From Candidatus Poribacteria bacterium (GTDB lineage: Bacteria; Poribacteria; WGA-4E; WGA-3G), in NCBI GenBank assembly GCA_965204285.1, contig OZ241980.1:4269987-4333986 (forward strand): DNA of 64,000 nt, written 5' to 3'. Shown piece by piece: positions 29,322 to 38,342 of the stretch. The notes under the pieces are model-generated. The model did not search any database and was not told the DNA's origin. It worked only from the letters and a program-made list of their open reading frames with translations. A program made the translations under genes and the position numbers. Numbering within the stretch: the first letter of the stretch is position 1; the number at the start of each line of letters is the position of its first letter.

Positions 29322-30239
29322 ATGAGAATTACAACAAAGATGCAAATGAAGATTAAACATTTCCAATTATACTATTATATACTCATTATCGGCTTCATTT
29401 TTTGGATTTGTGGATGCCAAGATTCATCCTCAGTTATTGATGGATCCAAAAAAGATTCTGAAGTTGTACTACGAGACTATGTACTGTCAGAAGATGAAAC
29501 TTGGGAATCAGAGAAAATCTATATTGTGCACGGAACATTAGAGATTCCATCCAACATAGCCCTTGAAGTATTGCCTGGAACTGTCGTTAAATTCGGTCAA
29601 GATGCACATGTCAATGTGAGAGGAACGCTAAAGATTGGAACACCACTATCACAGGATGGGTTGGGGGAATTAGTCCATTTAACTTCAAATAATAGTAATC
29701 CAGAATCTGGTGATTGGGACGGTATCCTATTTGATCACACACATGATTCAGAAAGTTTCCTAAGGGGAACAGTAATAGAATATGCTACGGTTGCTCTTGA
29801 CATCAAAACAAGTTCTCCAAATGTGGCAGATTGTACATTCCGCTATAATGAAACTGCAATTGCTTTAGATGGTAGTAACGCAAAAATTCAGTATAATGCA
29901 ATTCAAGAAAATAACATCGGTGTATATACCATTGGTCGACAAACCCGTCCTCGAATTGAAAGAAATAACATCACCAAAAATGATACTGGAATTTTCTGCG
30001 AAAATGTTCAGTCAATCATTCAAAATAATAATCTTGAAAACAACAATTACGCGTTAAGTTTAAATGTAAAATTTGATCTTGGAATTTCCAACAATTGGTG
30101 GGGAACAGTTGTTAATGAAGAAATTGATAGGATTATCTTAGATTCTAATGACTCAAACATTATAACAAAACCTCTTGGAACGGTCAATTATGAGCCAATT
30201 GCTGAAACACGTTTCGCAGATGCGGGGCCTCGGGAGTGA
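29322..30239 (+). CDS. secreted/lipoprotein right-handed parallel beta-helix (PbH1) repeat protein
   Basis: Signal peptide. Repeated N-N-I/N-I-T-x-N PbH1-like turns (IQENNIGVYTIG, NNITKNDTGIFCEN, IQNNNLENNNYALSL). Confidence 0.55.
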   Translation: MRITTKMQMKIKHFQLYYYILIIGFIFWICGCQDSSSVIDGSKKDSEVVLRDYVLSEDETWESEKIYIVHGTLEIPSNIALEVLPGTVVKFGQDAHVNVRGTLKIGTPLSQDGLGELVHLTSNNSNPESGDWDGILFDHTHDSESFLRGTVIEYATVALDIKTSSPNVADCTFRYNETAIALDGSNAKIQYNAIQENNIGVYTIGRQTRPRIERNNITKNDTGIFCENVQSIIQNNNLENNNYALSLNVKFDLGISNNWWGTVVNEEIDRIILDSNDSNIITKPLGTVNYEPIAETRFADAGPRE

Positions 30240-30245
30240 AGGATT

Positions 30246-31448
30246 ATGTTGACAATACTGAATGTTTCCCAAAATCATTATATTCGCGGCGGTTCCGATA
30301 GATATTTTTTTACGATGGCGGAATTATTGCAAAAACATGGACACAACGTAATTCCGTTCGCCGCAGCAAACCCCAAAAATGAACACTCTGAATGGGAACA
30401 ATATTTCCCACGTGGAGCCGATTTTGAAAAACCGAAACCGATTGACCTACTACGTTTTTTGTATTCACGTGATGCTGTTAAATCGATTCAAAAGTTGTTG
30501 GACACTACAGATGTAGATATTGCACACTTTCATATTTACTACGGCAAATTGACTGCATCAATTTTGGGAAGCCTTGAAAAAGCTGGAATTCCTCTAATTC
30601 AGACATTGCACGAATATAAATTAACTTGTCCTGTTTATAGCCACTTGTCAAACGATGAGATATGTGAAGACTGTGAAGGAAAACACTTTTGGCGTGCACT
30701 TCCAAAACGGTGTAATAGAGGCTCACTTGCACGTACAGCCCTGAGTGTTACCGAGTCCTATGTTTCACGGCAATTAGGTGCCGTTGAAAAGTTTGACCAT
30801 TTCATTTCCGTTTCCCATTTTCTTCGAAAAAAAATGATACAGTATGGAATTCCTAAAGAAAAGATTTCAACGGTTCATAATTTTGCAGATGTTTCTGACA
30901 TCACGCCAAATTTTTCTATCGGTGAATATATACTCTACTTTGGCAGGGTGCATCGTAGCAAAGGTATTTTGACACTGATAGAGGCTGCAGCTCCACTAAA
31001 ACAAGTCCCACTCTATATCGTTGGTGATGGTGAAGCGATGCCTGAAGTTCAAAAAATTGTAGAACAGAACGGGTGTGAACATATCCACCTGTTAGGCTTT
31101 AAACAGGGTGATGAACTGCAAGAACTGATTCTAAATAGCATCTGCACAGTTTTGCCATCTGAATGGTATGAAAATTGCCCCATGTCCGTTTTAGAATCTT
31201 TTGCTTATGGGAGACCAGTGATCGGCGCGGATATAGGAGGTATCCCAGAATTAATTAAAGACGAAGTTGATGGATTTCTCGTTCCCTCCGCTGGAACAGA
31301 AGCACTTCGAGAAAAATTGTTGTGGATGTTTGAACATAAAGTTGAAGCCGCTGAGATGGGGAAAGCTGGACGCCATAAAATGGAGACCGAATTTAATGCC
31401 GATATTCACTATGAAAAGATCATGAATGTCTATCGGAAGTTTTTGTAA
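30246..31448 (+). CDS. family GT4 (GT-B) glycosyltransferase
   Basis: EX7E region EWYENCPMSVLESFAYGRPVIGADIGGIPELI. Rossmann-like N-domain. Confidence 0.75.
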   Translation: MLTILNVSQNHYIRGGSDRYFFTMAELLQKHGHNVIPFAAANPKNEHSEWEQYFPRGADFEKPKPIDLLRFLYSRDAVKSIQKLLDTTDVDIAHFHIYYGKLTASILGSLEKAGIPLIQTLHEYKLTCPVYSHLSNDEICEDCEGKHFWRALPKRCNRGSLARTALSVTESYVSRQLGAVEKFDHFISVSHFLRKKMIQYGIPKEKISTVHNFADVSDITPNFSIGEYILYFGRVHRSKGILTLIEAAAPLKQVPLYIVGDGEAMPEVQKIVEQNGCEHIHLLGFKQGDELQELILNSICTVLPSEWYENCPMSVLESFAYGRPVIGADIGGIPELIKDEVDGFLVPSAGTEALREKLLWMFEHKVEAAEMGKAGRHKMETEFNADIHYEKIMNVYRKFL

Positions 31449-31687
31449 TAGATCCAAAAACATTTGTTGTTTCCAGTCTGAATCCTATAATCTATTTGTG
31501 CAGTGGATTTCAAATCACCATCAGTCTGGACTAATTAATTCTTCAAAAGTTTGTTCCTTCTTCCTAATGTTTTTCGTCGTATTTAATACTGGATAGTTTG
31601 TATTAATCGAAAAAAAGACCGTAAATAAAACCCTTTTTTGAAGTAGCAAATAGCGTAAAACTGAACGGGATGGTAGATGTAAAATAT

Positions 31688-31716
31688 TTGACATTTATCA
31701 TCTAATATAGTATTAT
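31688..31716 (+). promoter_or_regulatory. candidate sigma70 promoter, TTGACA-17nt-TATTAT
   Basis: Lies in the 387-nt AT-rich non-coding gap, 120 nt upstream of ATG 31836. Confidence 0.35.
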
Positions 31717-31835
31717 TTTTATGAAAATATATTAAACAGTGAACCCTTAAAATAAACTGTTTTGTTGTTTAAGGGTTACTCATAAAGTCAACTTTTCATC
31801 TACATTTAAGTAAATTTTAGAGAAGGAGCATATTA

Positions 31836-32486
31836 ATGTTAAAATTTCAAATTCCCTTAATTATTTTTCTGCTGGGTTGTGTTGTATTTGTTTCGTGTGA
31901 GAGAGCATCTCAAATGTTGGAACCTGCTATGCCGGATATGGATTCCACGGATACTATGGATTCCACGGATACCATGGATACCTCAGACACAGGGATGATG
32001 GATACAGATAAAATGATGGACACCGTTATGGAAGGGGCTCCAGTTGTAATTAACGAATTGATGGCAGATAACGACAATACCGTTCCTGACCCACAAGGCG
32101 ACTATGATGACTGGCTTGAGTTGCATAACCTTACCGATATGGCTTTACCCTTAACAGGACTGTATCTGAGTGACAAAGAGGACAATCCTACAAAATGGGC
32201 ATTTCCTGAAGGTACAGAGATTCCAGCAAATGGGTATTTGATTGTGTGGTTAGATGAAGATCATGATGATGAAAATGCTACAGAAGGACTGCATGCCAAC
32301 TTCAAACTTTCAAAAAGTGGCGAAACGGTCATGCTTGTGAGTCCTGATGCTCAAGGCAATATGGTGCTTGATAGCGTTGCCTTTGGAGAGCAAGAAACAG
32401 ACGTTGCTTATGGACGCTTGCCGAATGGTACCGGTGAATTCCAAGTTGTAGTAGCAACACCAGGTGCGGCAAATTGGGGTGAATAA
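31836..32486 (+). CDS. lipoprotein with Met/Asp/Thr-rich repeat followed by a lamin-tail domain (LTD)
   Basis: Lipobox-like FVSC. MDSTDTMDSTDTMDTSDTGMMDTDKMMDTVM low-complexity tract. LTD-like VVINELMADND...DWLELHNLTD...GLYLSD...GYLIVW. Confidence 0.55.
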   Translation: MLKFQIPLIIFLLGCVVFVSCERASQMLEPAMPDMDSTDTMDSTDTMDTSDTGMMDTDKMMDTVMEGAPVVINELMADNDNTVPDPQGDYDDWLELHNLTDMALPLTGLYLSDKEDNPTKWAFPEGTEIPANGYLIVWLDEDHDDENATEGLHANFKLSKSGETVMLVSPDAQGNMVLDSVAFGEQETDVAYGRLPNGTGEFQVVVATPGAANWGE

Positions 32487-32672
32487 AATCCAAATTGTAA
32501 TCTATATGCTGCAGAAAGATGTTTAGTTCTAAAACTTCTTTCTGAAGTTACAACCAAGTTTAAAAGTGTAAGACTGGGAGATTGAAAGGGATACACTTGT
32601 TGTTCTCTTACATTCTTTCAGTCTTTTCAAATATGGAATTGATTCTCTCATATTCCTAAGGGGATAGATCAA

Positions 32673-35600
32673 TTGATATTTTCAACATATATTGGCTCAA
32701 TACATAAAAAGTCCAAAAGGTTGAATTTGAGACTTACCCAGGTAGGTGGTCTTATTCTTTTTGTGTATATGTTCTTTTTAGGACATCACCAGATGGCAAC
32801 AGCGCAAACTGTTCACATTCCTGACCCAGGTCTCCGCGCTGTTCTTGAATTGGCATTGGATAAAGAGGTAGGTGACGACATCACTCAGGCGGATATGGAG
32901 AGTTTGAAAACACTTCAAGCAGTCAAATCTGGTATTCACGATCTCACAGGTCTTGAGTTCGCAACGAATCTGGAAATCTTAGAGTTTGGACAAAACCAAA
33001 TATCAGATATATCCCCACTTAAAGATTTGATAAAGCTGACAAAACTACGTCTTGGGGACAACCGTGAGATATCAGATGCGTCTCCGCTCAAAAATTTGAC
33101 AAATCTGACGTTCCTGGATATTGATAGTAATCAGGTATCGGATGTGTCTCCGCTCAAAAATTTGATAAATTTGACTTGGTTAGACCTTGACGACAACGGT
33201 ATCTCAGATTTGTCTCCACTTAGCACTTTGACAAAGCTGAGGTACTTGGATCTTGACGGCAACCTTATCTCAGATTTATCTCCACTTAGCACTTTGACAA
33301 ATCTGACATTTCTGGATCTTGATGAAAACGAGATATCAGATTTTTCCATACTCAGTACTTTGATAAACTTGACAGTGCTTGATCTTGAAGGTAACAAGAT
33401 ATCGGATGTGTCCCCCCTCAGCACCTTGATAAATCTGACAGAATTGGATCTACATAACAACAAGATATCGGATGTGTCTCCCCTCAGCAATTTGATAAAC
33501 TTGACAGTGCTTGACCTTCGGGGCAACCAGATATCAGATTTTTCCCCAATCAATGGATTGATAGATAATTTAGTGGAATATTATAACAGCGACCAAACCA
33601 TTCCAACCCATATACCTGAAAATGTGAATCGCGATGGCAACCCAGAACTTGTCCACATTCCAGACCGAGGTCTCCGTACTGCTCTTGAATTCGCATTGAG
33701 CAAAACACCAGTTGAAAACATAACTCAGTCAGATATGGCGAGTTTAAAAGTGCTTCAAGCAAGCAAATGCCGCTATTTAGGATTAGCGGAAGTGGGAGCA
33801 CGAGCGCCAAACCGGTGGGAATGCGGGTTTACTGATGTTACGTCTGGATATAGTATTCAAAATCTAACCGGCCTTGAGTTTGCTACTAATCTGAGAGAGT
33901 TACATCTTGGTCGAAATGAGATATCTGATGTGTCTCCACTCAAAAATTTGACAGAATTAACATACCTTGATCTTGGTAACAACCAGCAAATATCAGATGT
34001 ATCCCCACTCAGAAACTTGACAAATTTGACATTCTTAAACCTTAGATTTAATCGTATATCAGATATATCTCCACTCAAAAATTTGACAAAGCTGATTGAA
34101 CTCGGTCTACGCGGCAATGAATTATCGGATGTGACTCCACTCCGTCCCTTGATAAGCTTGAAGTATCTAAGCGTTAGAGATAATCGTTTATCAGATGTGA
34201 CTCCTTTACGAAACTTGACACAATTGGTAATCCTGAATCTGCGTGAAAATAATATATCAGATGTGACTCCATTCAAAGGTTTGGTGAACTTGACACACCT
34301 TTATCTTAGAGAAAACCAAGTATTGGATGTGTCACCTCTCAGAGATATGATAAATATGAGAGAACTGGACCTTGAAGATAACCAAGTATCAGATGTGACT
34401 CCACTCAGAGATATGACGGAACTGGTATACCTGGATATGGACAGCAACGCAGTACCGGACGTGTCTGCATTAAAAAATATGACAAAACTAAGAATTCTGG
34501 ATTTTTCCGATAACCAGATATCAGATATTTCACCACTCACAGATATGTTATATCTAAGTCGCCTGGATCTTGATGACAATCCAATATTGGATGTGTCACC
34601 TCTCGAAAACTTGACAAGACTGATATGGTTAGATCTGGATGATAACGAGATATTGGATGTGTCACCTCTCAAAAACTTGACAAGACTGACATGGTTAGAT
34701 CTGGATGACAACCAAATATCGGATCTATCTCCGCTTAAAAATTTGATGGAACTGACATACCTGGACCTTGATGGCAACGAGATATCAGATTTATCGCCAC
34801 TCAAAGATATGACAAAACTGGAAGTCTTGGATCTTGATGGTAATAACATATCTGATGTGTCCCCACTCAGTACATTAATAAATCTAATAGAGTTGGATCT
34901 TCACGACAACGAAATATCTGATATATCCGCACTCCAAAATATGACAAATCTGATGGATCTGGATATTGACGACAACCAGATAACTGATGTATCACCTCTG
35001 AAAAATATGATTAAATTAACAATACTTGATGCTGACGGCAACCTGATATTGAATGTGTCCCCACTCAAAGATTTGACAAATCTTACTGAACTGGATCTTC
35101 ACGACAACGAAATATCTGATATATCCGCACTCCAAAATATGACAAAACTCAAAGTGCTTGATCTTCGTGGCAATCAGATATCAGATTTTTCGCCAATCGC
35201 CGGATTGATAGATAATTTAGTAGAATATTATAACAGCAACCAAACATTTCCTGCCTACAAGCGTGAAGATGTGAATCGAGATGGTGTCGTGAATATTACT
35301 GATCTTGTCTTAGCGGCAACTAACTTTGACGATCCTGACTTGACGGTACTTGCTCGGAGAAATCTCTATCCAGATGTTAACAACGACGGTGTTGTGGATA
35401 TCAGAGACTTAGTTCTAATCGCTGCGGAGATAGGTTCGGCTGCTGCTCCAGCACTTAGCAAAAGCTCAATTGAAACATCGAATCTCACTGCCAAAAATCT
35501 CACGCAGTGGATACGGCTTGCCAAGAAACTTGATATGTCCAATCTGCAGATGCAGAAAGGGGTTGCTGTTTTGGAGCAGCTTTTAGCAGTGCTGTCCCAT

Positions 35601-35909
35601 GCAGAGAGGTTACCGAAAGAGACGGCACTATTAATGAACTATCCAAATCCGTTCAACCCAGAGACTTGGATACCTTATCAGCTGGCAAAACCAACAGAGG
35701 TAGTTATTTCTATCCATTCTGTAGATGGGAAGCTTGTTCGGAGGCTGGTGTTAGGGCATTTACCTGTGGGTATATATCGTAGCAAATCTCGCGCTGCACA
35801 TTGGGATGGTCGGAATGAGTCGGGTGAACTTGTGGCAAGTGGTGTCTATTTTTATACACTCACTACTGATAATTTTACGGCTACTCGCAAAATGCTCATT
35901 CAGAAGTAA
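32673..35909 (+). CDS. internalin-like LRR surface protein, in-frame fusion of two paralogous LRR units, with C-terminal dockerin-like pair plus T9SS-type CTD
   Basis: TTG start conserved with paralogs (AAGGGGA RBS). About 33 22-residue LRRs (L..LTNLT.LDL..N.ISDVSPL). A second N-cap (VHIPDRGLRTALEFAL...C...C) at about aa 320. C-terminus DVNRDGVVNITD / DVNNDGVVDIRD then NYPNPFNPETWIPYQL...GVYFYTL. Confidence 0.75.
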   Translation: MIFSTYIGSIHKKSKRLNLRLTQVGGLILFVYMFFLGHHQMATAQTVHIPDPGLRAVLELALDKEVGDDITQADMESLKTLQAVKSGIHDLTGLEFATNLEILEFGQNQISDISPLKDLIKLTKLRLGDNREISDASPLKNLTNLTFLDIDSNQVSDVSPLKNLINLTWLDLDDNGISDLSPLSTLTKLRYLDLDGNLISDLSPLSTLTNLTFLDLDENEISDFSILSTLINLTVLDLEGNKISDVSPLSTLINLTELDLHNNKISDVSPLSNLINLTVLDLRGNQISDFSPINGLIDNLVEYYNSDQTIPTHIPENVNRDGNPELVHIPDRGLRTALEFALSKTPVENITQSDMASLKVLQASKCRYLGLAEVGARAPNRWECGFTDVTSGYSIQNLTGLEFATNLRELHLGRNEISDVSPLKNLTELTYLDLGNNQQISDVSPLRNLTNLTFLNLRFNRISDISPLKNLTKLIELGLRGNELSDVTPLRPLISLKYLSVRDNRLSDVTPLRNLTQLVILNLRENNISDVTPFKGLVNLTHLYLRENQVLDVSPLRDMINMRELDLEDNQVSDVTPLRDMTELVYLDMDSNAVPDVSALKNMTKLRILDFSDNQISDISPLTDMLYLSRLDLDDNPILDVSPLENLTRLIWLDLDDNEILDVSPLKNLTRLTWLDLDDNQISDLSPLKNLMELTYLDLDGNEISDLSPLKDMTKLEVLDLDGNNISDVSPLSTLINLIELDLHDNEISDISALQNMTNLMDLDIDDNQITDVSPLKNMIKLTILDADGNLILNVSPLKDLTNLTELDLHDNEISDISALQNMTKLKVLDLRGNQISDFSPIAGLIDNLVEYYNSNQTFPAYKREDVNRDGVVNITDLVLAATNFDDPDLTVLARRNLYPDVNNDGVVDIRDLVLIAAEIGSAAAPALSKSSIETSNLTAKNLTQWIRLAKKLDMSNLQMQKGVAVLEQLLAVLSHAERLPKETALLMNYPNPFNPETWIPYQLAKPTEVVISIHSVDGKLVRRLVLGHLPVGIYRSKSRAAHWDGRNESGELVASGVYFYTLTTDNFTATRKMLIQK

Positions 35910-36029
35910 GAGATGATTACATCAGGTCTTTTAGTTTGATGTATATGCTGCTTGTTTCTTTCTGAATCCTTGCTTGTAGAAACTTTCAGAATTTCCTGAT
36001 TAACCGAAAACAAAGGAGCAAGAAATATC

Positions 36030-38225
36030 TTGATACTTTTTACATCATATAAAGGATCGCTATCCGAATATTTCTCAAACCGGAATTTAGAATTTACCCG
36101 TGTTGTTATTCTTGTATTTATAGCGTGTGCCTTTTTTGGGGCACCACACCGTATAGCAACCGCACAGACTGTCCACATTCCGGATTCTGATCTTCGCACC
36201 GCTGTTGAGTTAACATTGAACAAAGAGATAGGTGAAGACATCACTCCAGCAGATATGGCAAGTTTGCAAATACTTCAAGCAAGTAACTGTCACTTTTTGA
36301 GGCGATCAGGAGTGCCACGATGGATACCAATACGCCAGAGATGTCCACACAATTTATTAGAATCCCACGTTCAAGACCTAACAGCACTTGAATTCGCAAT
36401 TAATCTGGAAGAGTTACATCTTGCTCATAACCTGATATCTGATGTATCCCCACTCAAAAATATGAAAAAACTGATTGTGTTAGATCTGCACAACAACTTT
36501 ATGATATCTGATGTATCACCACTTAGTGCTTTGACAAATCTTACGCACTTATCTCTTTGGGGCAACCAAGTTTCCGATCCCTCTCCCCTCAGTGTACTAA
36601 AAAACCTCACATATTTATCTCTTGAAAACAATGGAGTATCTGATGTATTCCCACTCAAAGGTTTGACCAACTTGGAGGGACTGGATGTTGAAACCAACCG
36701 AATCTCCGATTTATCCCCGCTCAGAGGTTTGACAAAACTTACGTTCCTTGATTTTGACCAGAATAGAGTATCTGATGTATCACCACTCAAAAACATGACA
36801 GAACTAACACAACTGGATGCATCCGACAACCAGATTTCAGATATATCTCCGCTCAGTGCTATGACAGAAATAACACAGCTGGATATTGACGATAATCAGA
36901 TAATAGATATATCCGCACTCAAAAATATGACAAAAATGTTATGGCTGGATATTGACGGTAACCAGATAATAGGTTTGTCCGCACTCAAAAATATGACAAA
37001 TCTGACAAGGGCGAACATTGATGACAATAACATATCAGATGTGTCCCCACTGGAAAATTTAACAAAATTAGAAAAACTTGATCTTGACCATAACAACATA
37101 TCAGATGTATCACCACTGAAAAATATGGTAAAACTGACATGGTTAGATATTGACGATAACCAGATAATAGATATATCCGCACTCAAAAATATGATAAGGT
37201 TGCAATTGTTGGATTTAGGTGACAATGAAATATTAGATATATCCGCACTCAAAAATATGACGAAATTGACAGAATTAGATCTTAACGACAACGAAATATT
37301 AGATATATCCGCACTCAAAAATATGACAAAACTCAAAGTGCTTGATCTTAACGGCAATCGGATATCAAACATATCCGCACTGAAAAATATGACAAAATTG
37401 ACAGAATTAGATCTTCACGACAACCAGATATCAGATATATCCGCACTCAAAGATTTGACAAATCTCAAAGTGTTGGATCTTCGTGGCAACCATATATCTG
37501 ATTTTTCACCAATCGCAGGATTGATAGATAATTTAGTGGAATATTACAACAGCGACCAAACACTCCCGACCCACAAATTAGAAGATGTGAACCGAGATGG
37601 TATCGTAAATATTACTGATCTTGTTTTAGCCGCATTAAATCTTGACAATCCTGATTTAGCGTCACTCGCTCGGAGAAATCTCTATCCAGATGTTAACAAT
37701 GACGGTGTTGTGGATATCAGGGACTTGGTACTAATCGCTGCAGAGATAGGTTCACCCGCTGCTCCAGCGCTCAGCAAAAACGCGGTTGAAACATCCAACC
37801 TCACTGCTAAAAATCTCACACGGTGGATACGGCTTGCCAAACAGCTTGATACACAAGAGCCGCAAATACAAAGAGGGATTTCTGTTTTAGAACAGTTCTT
37901 AGCAGTTCTGATTGACGTAGAAGTGCCACCAAAAGAGACTGCCCTACTAACCAACTATCCAAATCCGTTCAACCCTGAAACTTGGATACCTTATCAGTTG
38001 GCAAAACCAGCGAAGGTAAATATCTCTATTCATTCTGCGGATGGTAAACTTATTCGTCTGATACCAATGGGGCACTTGCCTGCAGGCACATATCACAGCA
38101 AATCTCGCGCAGCTTATTGGGATGGTCGGAATGACTCAGGTGAGACTGTAGCAAGTGGCGTCTATTTTTATACACTCACTGCAGATGATTTCACCGCTAC
38201 TCAAAAAATGCTAATCCGAAAGTGA
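36030..38225 (+). CDS. internalin-like LRR surface protein with C-terminal dockerin-like pair plus T9SS-type CTD (paralog 2)
   Basis: TTG start and AAAGGAG RBS. Signal peptide and Cys-loop N-cap (NCHFL...RQRCPHN). About 17 LRRs. Same C-terminal module. Confidence 0.75.
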   Translation: MILFTSYKGSLSEYFSNRNLEFTRVVILVFIACAFFGAPHRIATAQTVHIPDSDLRTAVELTLNKEIGEDITPADMASLQILQASNCHFLRRSGVPRWIPIRQRCPHNLLESHVQDLTALEFAINLEELHLAHNLISDVSPLKNMKKLIVLDLHNNFMISDVSPLSALTNLTHLSLWGNQVSDPSPLSVLKNLTYLSLENNGVSDVFPLKGLTNLEGLDVETNRISDLSPLRGLTKLTFLDFDQNRVSDVSPLKNMTELTQLDASDNQISDISPLSAMTEITQLDIDDNQIIDISALKNMTKMLWLDIDGNQIIGLSALKNMTNLTRANIDDNNISDVSPLENLTKLEKLDLDHNNISDVSPLKNMVKLTWLDIDDNQIIDISALKNMIRLQLLDLGDNEILDISALKNMTKLTELDLNDNEILDISALKNMTKLKVLDLNGNRISNISALKNMTKLTELDLHDNQISDISALKDLTNLKVLDLRGNHISDFSPIAGLIDNLVEYYNSDQTLPTHKLEDVNRDGIVNITDLVLAALNLDNPDLASLARRNLYPDVNNDGVVDIRDLVLIAAEIGSPAAPALSKNAVETSNLTAKNLTRWIRLAKQLDTQEPQIQRGISVLEQFLAVLIDVEVPPKETALLTNYPNPFNPETWIPYQLAKPAKVNISIHSADGKLIRLIPMGHLPAGTYHSKSRAAYWDGRNDSGETVASGVYFYTLTADDFTATQKMLIRK

Positions 38226-38342
38226 AGCGAGATGACACAGCAGCATTTTAGTTAGATGTATGCTGCTTGCTTCTGCTTTGAAGCCTTGTGGGTGATACTT
38301 TTCAGCGTTATCCGTTGACCTAAGACATAGGAGTATTATCTC

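Noticed and set aside
33131-34849. Several long minus-strand ORFs (140-182 aa) inside the LRR genes, with more at 36425-37372 and 38660-39133
   Set aside because: They are antisense to highly repetitive LRR coding sequence and themselves translate as low-complexity repeats (..SGDTSDI..). This is a typical shadow-ORF artefact, with no start or RBS support.
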